Shown in pieces: positions 28,595 through 37,268 of a DNA stretch of 63,168 nucleotides; position 1 is the first letter of the stretch, and each line of letters opens with the position of its first letter. Under the pieces are notes generated by a model. It was not told where the DNA came from. It saw only the letters and a list, made by a program, of their open reading frames with translations, and ran no database searches. The position numbers were made by a program, and so were the translations under genes. The stretch comes from Nanobdellota archaeon (GTDB lineage Archaea; Nanobdellota; Nanobdellia; SCGC-AAA011-G17; GW2011-AR18): the NCBI GenBank assembly GCA_038046085.1, contig JBBSWW010000003.1, forward strand, positions 1 through 63,168, written 5' to 3'.

Positions 28595-29581
28595 ATGAAA
28601 ACAATATTCCTAAACAATGCACCACACCCATCACATGGAATATGGGCAAATTCAATAAACTCAATATTCATAGATGACAGAGTAAAAGAATACAGAGTAA
28701 AAAATCTATCAAGACTTACAAAATCATTAGAAACAGTATTCAAGATACCAAAAGATGCTGAATTCGTATTATGTGAGAGCGCATCGCAACTTCTTACAGG
28801 AATATTATGGAAGATAAATCACAGGAATAAGAAATTAGGACTGATAGTATCAGACCCAAAATATTATCATATGTGGAAAATGACATCAATGAAGAAAAAA
28901 TTATACATCTGGATGTTAAAAAAAGTTGATATCTTCATATGCAGCTCACAACTAATGAAAGATTATTTACCAGAAGAGTGCAGAAAAAGAGCTTTTGTTG
29001 TACCTCCAGCATTCAATAGAGAGGATTATAAAAAAATTAGAGGCAACATTAATAGTAAGAACATAATATTCACAGCAAGAATATGTCTAGAGAAAGGGGT
29101 TGATCACTTAGTTGATGTATTTTTAAAAGTAAAAGAGAAACATAAAGAATCTAAATTGTATTTAATGGGAGCAAGCTCTTACATACCAGGACAGGGAAAT
29201 TTAAGAGAACAATTAGAATCAAGAAAATTAAAAAACATAATATTCACAGGACATGTAGATACAAAACCATACTTAAAAAAATGTTCAATATATGTCAATT
29301 TAGCATGGATAGAACCAGCATCAGTATCAGTAATACAGGCAATGTGCACAGGAATAGTACCAATAGTAAATAAAAATGTGGGGAACAAAACCTATGTAGA
29401 AATGATAGATAAAGAACTAGTAGTCAATAGTGATGAACAGGCAGAAAGAATGATATTAAAACTATGGAAAAACAAGAAATTACTTGAAAGATATTCTAAA
29501 AGAGCTATAGAAGTAAGCAAAACATATCCAGATGAGAAAGAGAGTATAAGATTATTCAGAGAAGCAATAAAAACATTATAA
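28595..29581 (+). CDS. glycosyltransferase family 4-like (GT-B)
   Basis: EKGVDHLVDVF...KLYLMGA...EPASVSVIQAMCTGIVPIV pattern. 328 aa. Confidence 0.7.
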   Translation: MKTIFLNNAPHPSHGIWANSINSIFIDDRVKEYRVKNLSRLTKSLETVFKIPKDAEFVLCESASQLLTGILWKINHRNKKLGLIVSDPKYYHMWKMTSMKKKLYIWMLKKVDIFICSSQLMKDYLPEECRKRAFVVPPAFNREDYKKIRGNINSKNIIFTARICLEKGVDHLVDVFLKVKEKHKESKLYLMGASSYIPGQGNLREQLESRKLKNIIFTGHVDTKPYLKKCSIYVNLAWIEPASVSVIQAMCTGIVPIVNKNVGNKTYVEMIDKELVVNSDEQAERMILKLWKNKKLLERYSKRAIEVSKTYPDEKESIRLFREAIKTL

Positions 29582-29860
29582 AGGTTCACAAAACATATCA
29601 TCAATTATTTTTTCAGATCTTTGTTCTACAGGACCATAAAATAAACCATCCAACCTTTTTTCTGATGTTACACTTACTGCTCTATCATATTCTTCATTTT
29701 TAATGTATATAGAGTCCATTGATTGTTTTATTTCTGGATCATATCCTCTCTTGAATTTTATATTTGCACCTGTTAATCTTTCTATTAAAGCACTATCATG
29801 AATATCAATAAAGCCTGAGTTATCTACCATAGCAAATTTCTTGTAACCCATTCTTTCCAT
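29576..29860 (-). CDS. hypothetical small protein
   Basis: 94-aa ORF with no motif. Confidence 0.4.
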   Translation of the reverse strand: MERMGYKKFAMVDNSGFIDIHDSALIERLTGANIKFKRGYDPEIKQSMDSIYIKNEEYDRAVSVTSEKRLDGLFYGPVEQRSEKIIDDMFCEPL

Positions 29861-29940
29861 CTAATGATGTTTTTATTGGTTCTACCATAATACTCACTAT
29901 ATCTGAAGATTTATAAGTTTAACTAAATAAAAAAATAAAA

Positions 29941-31332
29941 TTAAATGGAACTTCTCTTTGATCCAAGACCAACATGTCCTGAACGAGCAGCAACCATCCT
30001 ACCAAAAGATGTATACTTAGCAACAGCTGAAGGAAGGACAATATTAGGAGTCAACTTACCCTCAATCCTGTAACTAATCACTTTTTCTTCTCCTCTCTTA
30101 ATATTATGCACATCCCATACCATAACAGAACCATCAGGAACTGCCTTGATATGATCAGGTCTCATGCTGACAAACTGAGCAGGAGCTTTAATTGTGCTGG
30201 GAACTCTATCTATTATCCTAACATTATTAACAGACATGTTGCCTCTATTTTTAATATTAATAACAACTTTCATGACATGGACATTACCACCTTCATGAGT
30301 GTGCATACCTAAGACTTTCTTGCTGATAACTATAGAGTTTTTCATCCTGAAAACATAGACAAAAGCAGCTGCTAAAATTATCAATATAAGTATTAATGTA
30401 GGCCATCTATAATTAACTTTATAACCGACAACCTTGCTCTCACCTGGAAGCAACTGATAATTCCAGTAGACACGATATACACCATCAACTTTCTCAATCT
30501 TAGAAGCATCAGGATTAAAACTAGAAAGCTTATATGCAATATAATCAAAATCCTTAGTATAAGCCTGATTAACAACACTATTACCATTATTCCTTAGGTT
30601 AACAGTCTCACCACTAACAAGGAAAGAGCTATCATCCTCAATCAATTCCTTAACATCAGTATATTCGCCAACAGTATAAGTGAAAGGCTTATCCAACATC
30701 AAATTATTATCAAGTGATATCTTCACACTTAATTGATAATTATCTTTCAAAGTATTTTCTGGAATCCTAAGAGGTAATTCTATCTCCCTTTGTTCCATCT
30801 TACTAAGACTTAGTTTCTGAGATATTTCAAAGTGAGGGCTCTTAATCACTAAATCCATATTATCAAGAGCAACATTACGAGTATTCTTAACTTTCAATCT
30901 AACTAAAGTAGTCCTTTTAGGATCAACAACTGGAAGTGAGATAAATTCTGCAGAAACTATTTTCTTATAATCCAAAACATTAGCTATAATCAATCTTTCA
31001 ATCCTAGTAGCGCTGTTAACAAAAACACCTAATTTAACACCATAAGTACCAGGAGGAAGCTTTCCTAAAGGAGCAAAAGATAAAGTAACATCTTTCTTCT
31101 CACCAGATCTTAAAGTAATAGTCTGAGTCTCAGGAGTCATACTCCAACTAGGTTCCAAAGACCTTATTGATACTGATACAGAACTTTCTTCATTATTGTT
31201 AAGATGCAAAAGATAAGAAACACTATCACCAGGAAGTGCTTCATTCTGTATAGGCTCATATTCAGCCTGTAAAGCGGAAACTGCGGCTAGACTCAATAGA
31301 AATATTACTAAAATTATTAGACCCCTTTTCAT
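29941..31332 (-). CDS. surface protein: signal peptide, beta-sandwich repeats, internal TM, DUF11-like C-terminal domain
   Basis: I chose the ATG at 31332 (MKRGLIILVIFLLSLAAVSA). TM PTLILILIILAAAFVYVF lies about 120 aa before the C-terminus. The 98-aa track extension is low-complexity and overlaps the divergent gene. Confidence 0.65.
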   Translation of the reverse strand: MKRGLIILVIFLLSLAAVSALQAEYEPIQNEALPGDSVSYLLHLNNNEESSVSVSIRSLEPSWSMTPETQTITLRSGEKKDVTLSFAPLGKLPPGTYGVKLGVFVNSATRIERLIIANVLDYKKIVSAEFISLPVVDPKRTTLVRLKVKNTRNVALDNMDLVIKSPHFEISQKLSLSKMEQREIELPLRIPENTLKDNYQLSVKISLDNNLMLDKPFTYTVGEYTDVKELIEDDSSFLVSGETVNLRNNGNSVVNQAYTKDFDYIAYKLSSFNPDASKIEKVDGVYRVYWNYQLLPGESKVVGYKVNYRWPTLILILIILAAAFVYVFRMKNSIVISKKVLGMHTHEGGNVHVMKVVINIKNRGNMSVNNVRIIDRVPSTIKAPAQFVSMRPDHIKAVPDGSVMVWDVHNIKRGEEKVISYRIEGKLTPNIVLPSAVAKYTSFGRMVAARSGHVGLGSKRSSI

Positions 31333-31448
31333 TTTATATAGATAATCAAATAACAGATATATAAACATTTCTACATTGAAAATCCTCTTCGTGAAAGTGA
31401 TAAATATATAGAAAATGATATAAATATTCCATTTAATAATAAATAAAA

Positions 31449-31946
31449 GTGGAAAAAATATTAATTGCTGGAATAGATCCTGGAACTGTAAGTGGTTATG
31501 CAATAATAGATATTGATGGAAATCTAGTATCAATAGGTTCTGAGAGAGAATTAACAACAGGAGACTTAATATTAAAGATAACAAAATATGGAAAAATATT
31601 TGCAATAGGGAGCGATGTATATCCATGTCCTAATCTAACTAATAAGATAGCAACAAGAATAGGAGCTAAAGTAATAAGTCCAGACCATGATCTAAAGTAT
31701 TTAGAGAAAATAAAAATAGTTGATACTTATTTAAAAAATCAGAAAAAAAGAATAGAGATAACAAACAAACATGAAAAAGATGCACTAGCAGCAGCATTAT
31801 ACGGGTTAAAAAGAATAAATGGGTTATTAAAAAAAATAGATGACCATCTAAAAGAACATGATAAATTATATCTTAAAGAACAAGTAAAAAGAAGAGTCTT
31901 AGTAGATAATGTACCAATAGTTGAAGCTTTGAGAGAACTATCTTAA
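31449..31946 (+). CDS. DUF460/COG2433-like RNase H-fold nuclease
   Basis: GTG start. IAGIDPGTVSGYAIIDIDGNLV resembles a RuvC/YqgF-like first strand. Family assignment from memory. Confidence 0.55.
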   Translation: MEKILIAGIDPGTVSGYAIIDIDGNLVSIGSERELTTGDLILKITKYGKIFAIGSDVYPCPNLTNKIATRIGAKVISPDHDLKYLEKIKIVDTYLKNQKKRIEITNKHEKDALAAALYGLKRINGLLKKIDDHLKEHDKLYLKEQVKRRVLVDNVPIVEALRELS

Positions 31947-32512
31947 TCATTATTTTTAATGTATCCTTTCCATTGACAAATAAAGAATAGGGTAATTATT
32001 ATACTTCCTATTAATAAAAATAAATCAATAGCGAATAATACTTCATTTGATGAATGTTTATTTATGCCCATTGTAAATAAATTTATTATAATTATAATAT
32101 AAAAAATTAATAATGCAAATATTAAAGATCTTAGGACTATTATTCCTTTAAGTTGTGTGTCTTCATTTGTTATACTATGTGCCTTATAATTAAACTTATA
32201 ATCTTCTTCTATATCTTTACAAATTTTATATTTTAAACACTTTTTCTTATTAGCTCTTTCTATCAACATCGTAAAATATATAACTATTAGAATGCCTATT
32301 ATTGATAATAAAAGTTTTGCTATAATCTCATCAAATATTATTGTTTCTGTTTTTTCTAATACTATTTTATTTAATATAATAATTGATAAACCTAATCCCA
32401 CAGAGATTAATGTCCATACCATTGTATTATAATGTTCAGCGGAATTTTGTGCTGTTTCATACTCTAATATAGCTATTTCAATATTTTTGTAATTCTTATT
32501 TTTCTTTATCAT
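31943..32512 (-). CDS. hypothetical integral membrane protein
   Basis: 189 aa with four hydrophobic segments. ATA-rich codon usage is atypical for the minus strand. Confidence 0.5.
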   Translation of the reverse strand: MIKKNKNYKNIEIAILEYETAQNSAEHYNTMVWTLISVGLGLSIIILNKIVLEKTETIIFDEIIAKLLLSIIGILIVIYFTMLIERANKKKCLKYKICKDIEEDYKFNYKAHSITNEDTQLKGIIVLRSLIFALLIFYIIIIINLFTMGINKHSSNEVLFAIDLFLLIGSIIITLFFICQWKGYIKNND

Positions 32513-32516
32513 TTTA

Positions 32517-33053
32517 TTATCTTAACCTAATAGGCTTATCTTTAGTTAAATCATAGACTTTAGAAGGTTTATTGTTTAAAGTACCACCTTCAACAATCAA
32601 ATCAACTTTATTTCTAATATCAGAAGAAATCTGAGAGGTGTCAGTAATTGGAGGCTCACCAGAAACATTAACACTAGTTGTAACAAAAGGAATAGGCAAT
32701 CTTTTAGTAAAACTCTTATTAGGAATACGAACACCAACAGTATCAGAATCATTATTGACTTCTTTACTGATAGCTTTCTTATTTTTAAGTCTAAGAATAA
32801 GAGTATATTTGCCTGGAAGTTTTTTAAGATAAAAATTAATCATCTTATTAGTAAAACAATTATCTTTAATCCATTTCTTATCAACAATGACAGAGAGAGG
32901 CTTAGAAGAATCTCTTTTCTTAATATCCTTAATTTTTTTGACTAAATTATCATCTAAAGCGTAACATCCAATACCCTAGATAGTATCTGTAGGATAGATA
33001 ATTACTTTGTTTTTAAAATTTGAGGTTACCATTAATAACTCCTGACATTTCAT
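32517..33053 (-). pseudogene. tsaC: tsaC/sua5 (YrdC-domain threonylcarbamoyl-AMP synthase) interrupted by in-frame TAG
   Basis: Minus-frame translation reads MKCQELLMVTSNFKNKVIIYPTDTI*GIGCYALDDNLVKKIKDIKKRDSSKPLSVIVD..., continuing into ORF 32517..32843 (VGVRIPN...TTSVNVSGEPP). TAG at 32976..32978 replaces the Tyr of the PTDTxYGxG motif. The start (33053 or 33032) is uncertain. Confidence 0.7.
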
Positions 33054-33945
33054 TAACTTTAGGATGAATCTCAATTTTCTCATTATCCCAAGTTTTTATC
33101 CTATTCTTTAAATCCTCTAAGTTCCTATTGAATTTATCTTTATTTTTTGCAAATATCATTCCATTAATGTCACATGTAAGAAGATAAAACTTTAATTTTC
33201 TAACTAAATTATTATTTTTAATATTCTCTATATAATTTACAAACATTTCATTACCAAAATCAGGCATATAAACAAGATCATAATCAGGATCACCTATGCC
33301 AACATCACCGAAGTCTATAATCCCAGAAACTTTATTCTTTTTATCAATGAAAACGTGATCTATACTAAGATCTGAATGCAATAATGATGGTTTATATTTA
33401 AAATTAAGTTCATTATTGAAGTATTCCTTAAATATCTGCTCAACTTTTTTAATTTCTTCTTTACTTAATCTAGGAAATATCTTTTTTCTTGCATTAATCA
33501 ATAATTTCTTAAAATGTTCTCTAAAATCTGTAATCTTAACACCACATTCTGTTGCTGATTCTATAGGAAAACTCTGTAACTCTCTTAAAAATTTAATAAC
33601 TTCATAAAATATTACCCTCTTTTCTTCTTCTGATAATTTTTTAAATATCTCCTTATCAAGTTCTTTGCCTTTAACTGGCTCGTATATCATGAAACTTTTA
33701 TTTTTGTATTTCCCTGAATAAATTACTTTAGGAATCTTTATACTAATATATTTTTCAAGTTTAGGAAGCAAAAGTGATTCTATATGATTTATTGATCTTT
33801 TATGCTTAGGATATCTCAATAAATATTTTTTATTAATAAAGTATGTGTCATTATCACAACCTGAAGCAAAATACTTTATTTCTTTAACTTTTAAATCTGG
33901 AAAGTTCTTCTTAATTGCATCTTTAACTTCATTAATATTAGGCAT
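33013..33945 (-). CDS. aminoglycoside-phosphotransferase-like (APH/ePK-like) kinase
   Basis: HSDLSIDHVFID catalytic loop and IIDFGDVGIGDPDYD. Confidence 0.7.
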   Translation of the reverse strand: MPNINEVKDAIKKNFPDLKVKEIKYFASGCDNDTYFINKKYLLRYPKHKRSINHIESLLLPKLEKYISIKIPKVIYSGKYKNKSFMIYEPVKGKELDKEIFKKLSEEEKRVIFYEVIKFLRELQSFPIESATECGVKITDFREHFKKLLINARKKIFPRLSKEEIKKVEQIFKEYFNNELNFKYKPSLLHSDLSIDHVFIDKKNKVSGIIDFGDVGIGDPDYDLVYMPDFGNEMFVNYIENIKNNNLVRKLKFYLLTCDINGMIFAKNKDKFNRNLEDLKNRIKTWDNEKIEIHPKVNEMSGVINGNLKF

Positions 33946-33976
33946 TAAGTAAACTATTAATTAAAACTTTAAATAA

Positions 33977-36031
33977 CTATCTAATAACCTTGCTAATATG
34001 ATTATCTTTCCTGATCTTAATGACATTATCTACAAAAGATTCTACTTTGTTCTCATGGCTTACAATAATAATCTGCCTCATCTTCAATTCTTTGATAATA
34101 TCCCTAATCTTATCTAACTGCTCTTCACTGAAACCATCAGTAGGTTCATCTAAAATAATTAAGTCTTTAGTATTAATAGAATTGCTTATATTATTAATAA
34201 CTTGGTTTAAAGCTAGTCTGTAAGCTAAAGCGCAAGAAGTCTTTTCTCCTCCTGAAAGATTTTCGTATTCAATATCATGAGAGTTCTGTTCAATAATAGG
34301 GGTAAATTCCTCGTCTAATCTAACTTTAAGAATAGATTCATCAATAAGCATAGAGAACCATTTCTGGAAAAGATCACTAAAATCAGAATGTAATTTAGAC
34401 ATAGTCTTCTTCTCAATAATATCAATAACATTAATGAAGAAAGAGTCAAGCCAGTCACATAATTTAATGTAATAATCTAACTTAGAACTTGCTTTTTCCT
34501 TATTTTCTATTTCAGATTTTAATAAGACTAATTCTTTCTCAATAAAATCTTTATCTTTATTATTAATAACAATAGATAATTCTAGTTTCTTCTGAGAATC
34601 TAATAATTGTTCAAGAAGTTTTTTGTTAATCAGGTAATTATTCTCCAATTCCTTATTTGATTCAATATCATTCTGAATAATCAATCTTTTATCATTAAGC
34701 TCTTTAATAATAAAGTCTAAGTCTTCATTCTCTTTTTTTAATTTATTTAAAGACTCTTTCTTAGATTCTAAATCCTTAATCCTTATCTTATTAATCTCAA
34801 AATCTCTTTCTTTATTCTTAAAATCTTGAATTAGGATTTTAATTTCTTTAATCTTTAAAACAAATTCTGATTCTTTAATTAGAAAATCTTTAATATCAAT
34901 ATCTAATCTCAATAAACTTTCATCTTCCCTAGAGATAACACCATTCTTGTAATCAACAGAGACTACTTGTTTGCATAAAGGACAATTATCCAACTTAGTT
35001 ATCTGATTCTTAATATCAATACTAGAAACTTTTTTAGTCCTCAAAGAAGAAATATTATTATTAACAATCTTAAGCTCCTTATCCATATCATCAACATTTT
35101 TTTCATTATCAATGATATTCTGTTTAACATCTTCAAAGTTTATTTCCTTAATATTGCTGGAGATATCTATAATCTGCTTCTCTAACTGAGATAATTGCAA
35201 AATATTCTTATTTTTAATATCCTCTTTACTCTTTATATTAAACTTGATAAGTTCAAAATCCTTCTTAATATCATTCAATCTCTTAATACTATTCTCGAAT
35301 TCAACTATCTTATCTTTATTCATTACTAATTCAGAGTTCAATAACAATAATTTTTCATTAAGCAATAAAATGTTTCCATAAATATTAGATAATTTTAATT
35401 CTTTTTCTTTAAACAATAACTTTTTAGGTTCAAGATCTGAGACAAAAAGTGATAAATCCTTTTTCTTCTGCTTAGCCTCTGTTAATATAATCTTTGAGTT
35501 CTCTTTAATCCTTTTATATTTATCAATATTGAAAACTTTCCTTAGAGTTTCTAAACGATATTCTTTCTCACCTAATAAAATAAGTTTCATTTCCTCTTGA
35601 GGAGTATAGACAGTATAACGATAAGTCAGAGATTTCTTAGACAAGGAATCCAGAGGATAGTTAAGAAGCTGAGTAACTCTTTGTTTAAGTTCAACAGGAG
35701 TCAGTTGCTGAGTAACATCATTAATCGATAAGAAACCAGAATCCTGAGTTATACCATTAACAGACCTTTTCAAAGTCCTCTTAACAGAAAAAACATTATT
35801 ATCAATATTAAAATCAAGAATTACATAACCATCATCAGAACCATTCCTCAATAAAGCATTACCAGATAATTCACCACGTTTAATACCGAATAAAGCAAAC
35901 TCAATAGATAAAAGAATAGTTGATTTACCTGAACCAATATCACCTGAAAGCATAATAGTACCTTCAGGAAACTTTATCTCTTCATCAGAATAACTCCTGA
36001 TATTCTTTATCTTAATTCTTTTAATAATCAT
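33977..36031 (-). CDS. rad50: Rad50 (SMC-like DSB-repair ATPase)
   Basis: Walker A GDIGSGKST, long coiled coil with CPLC zinc hook, signature LSGGEKT, Walker B LIILDEPTDGF. Confidence 0.85.
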   Translation of the reverse strand: MIIKRIKIKNIRSYSDEEIKFPEGTIMLSGDIGSGKSTILLSIEFALFGIKRGELSGNALLRNGSDDGYVILDFNIDNNVFSVKRTLKRSVNGITQDSGFLSINDVTQQLTPVELKQRVTQLLNYPLDSLSKKSLTYRYTVYTPQEEMKLILLGEKEYRLETLRKVFNIDKYKRIKENSKIILTEAKQKKKDLSLFVSDLEPKKLLFKEKELKLSNIYGNILLLNEKLLLLNSELVMNKDKIVEFENSIKRLNDIKKDFELIKFNIKSKEDIKNKNILQLSQLEKQIIDISSNIKEINFEDVKQNIIDNEKNVDDMDKELKIVNNNISSLRTKKVSSIDIKNQITKLDNCPLCKQVVSVDYKNGVISREDESLLRLDIDIKDFLIKESEFVLKIKEIKILIQDFKNKERDFEINKIRIKDLESKKESLNKLKKENEDLDFIIKELNDKRLIIQNDIESNKELENNYLINKKLLEQLLDSQKKLELSIVINNKDKDFIEKELVLLKSEIENKEKASSKLDYYIKLCDWLDSFFINVIDIIEKKTMSKLHSDFSDLFQKWFSMLIDESILKVRLDEEFTPIIEQNSHDIEYENLSGGEKTSCALAYRLALNQVINNISNSINTKDLIILDEPTDGFSEEQLDKIRDIIKELKMRQIIIVSHENKVESFVDNVIKIRKDNHISKVIR

Positions 36032-37203
36032 AGTTCAATAATGGAAGAAACCTCCTTAATTATCCTAGATTCAAAATCAACATTTTTTTCACCATCAAAT
36101 TTTTCCTTATCTAATGATCTCATAATATTCATAATCTTAGATTCTTCAATAAATGACTGAGATTTATGATCCTTTACAATAGAGACTTCAATATCATCAA
36201 TATTTCTGTTATCAGCTTTGATTTCCTGGAAATCTTTAGTCACTAATTTAGAGGTATTTTTCAAAACAAAATAAGCTTTAGATAAAGACTCAGTAATATA
36301 CTTAAAATTAATATCAGAAACTTTACCAGATTTCAAACAACCTTCAATCCTTATAGTAACAATCTTATTATCAAAATCAATGACTTTAGACAAAATATCA
36401 TTTTCAACATCCTTAGGAGTCATATTTTCAGCATCAATAAAATGAGAAACAACATCAACAACTTTCAGAGGGATATGCCTTGATGAAATATTATTATTTT
36501 CTACATCAACAATAAAAAAACCGCCATGCCTTAATTTTTCTAATTCCTGAAAATTATTAGGGTATAAAGGTCCAGGATAACTCATCATACCATAATTCTC
36601 ATGATATTTTGAATATACAAAATGAGGATGACCGCCAGCATAGTAATTAAAGCCTTTAGGAAGAATAGAAATAGATTCAGATTCAATCTTCTCAAAACTA
36701 TAATCCTTAAGCTCCTCCAAAAGAGTATGGAACAAGAAAATCTTGAAACCAGGCTCACTCTCTAAATTAGACTTATCAAGATTAGCATAATCATAAGTCT
36801 CAAGACCACCTTTCCTACCAAACATTCCTGCTAATTTAACACCGGTTCTATCAACTGTAAAATCTAATTTATTATTATTAAATTTCATCACATTATGAAC
36901 TAAACCAGCATTCTCAAGAACATCAAGCATAGTCTTACCAGAAGCAGAGAAATCATGAGAACCAGGAATTATATAGATAGGAATATCAAAATCTTTTAAT
37001 CTATTTAAAATCTTAGCAGTAGACTTAAGGATATCAATAGATGGAAGAGCTGTATCAAACAAATCACCAGCAATCAAAACAAAACCAACATGTTCCTTAA
37101 TACAGATATCAGCAGCTAATTCAAAACTTTTAAGGTTAATATCCCTCAAAGAATCCTCCCTCCAGCCTCCAATATGACAATCAGAAAAGTGTGCAAACTT
37201 CAT
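36028..37203 (-). CDS. mre11: Mre11 (DSB-repair nuclease)
   Basis: Phosphoesterase motifs HFSDCHIG, AGDLFD, GSHD, GGHPH. 4-nt overlap with rad50. Confidence 0.85.
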   Translation of the reverse strand: MKFAHFSDCHIGGWREDSLRDINLKSFELAADICIKEHVGFVLIAGDLFDTALPSIDILKSTAKILNRLKDFDIPIYIIPGSHDFSASGKTMLDVLENAGLVHNVMKFNNNKLDFTVDRTGVKLAGMFGRKGGLETYDYANLDKSNLESEPGFKIFLFHTLLEELKDYSFEKIESESISILPKGFNYYAGGHPHFVYSKYHENYGMMSYPGPLYPNNFQELEKLRHGGFFIVDVENNNISSRHIPLKVVDVVSHFIDAENMTPKDVENDILSKVIDFDNKIVTIRIEGCLKSGKVSDINFKYITESLSKAYFVLKNTSKLVTKDFQEIKADNRNIDDIEVSIVKDHKSQSFIEESKIMNIMRSLDKEKFDGEKNVDFESRIIKEVSSIIEL

Positions 37204-37268
37204 AGTAAAATAAGAATCACTCTATTATTTTTATAGTTAATTATGATAAAACATCTATTTTTTACAAA

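Noticed and set aside
31333-31626. N-terminal 98-aa extension of ORF 29941..31626
   Set aside because: The sequence is low-complexity (LLLILSQNLLIL...) and overlaps the divergent DUF460 gene. A proper signal peptide begins at the ATG at 31332.
32976-32978. Idea that TAG is recoded (for example Pyl or a sense codon) in this organism
   Set aside because: TAG ends at least four well-delimited genes in the window: the GT2 gene at 3693, the CYTH gene at 14776, rad50 at 33977 and psmB at 53133. No pyl genes are seen. A local mutation, a sequencing error or site-specific readthrough is more parsimonious.
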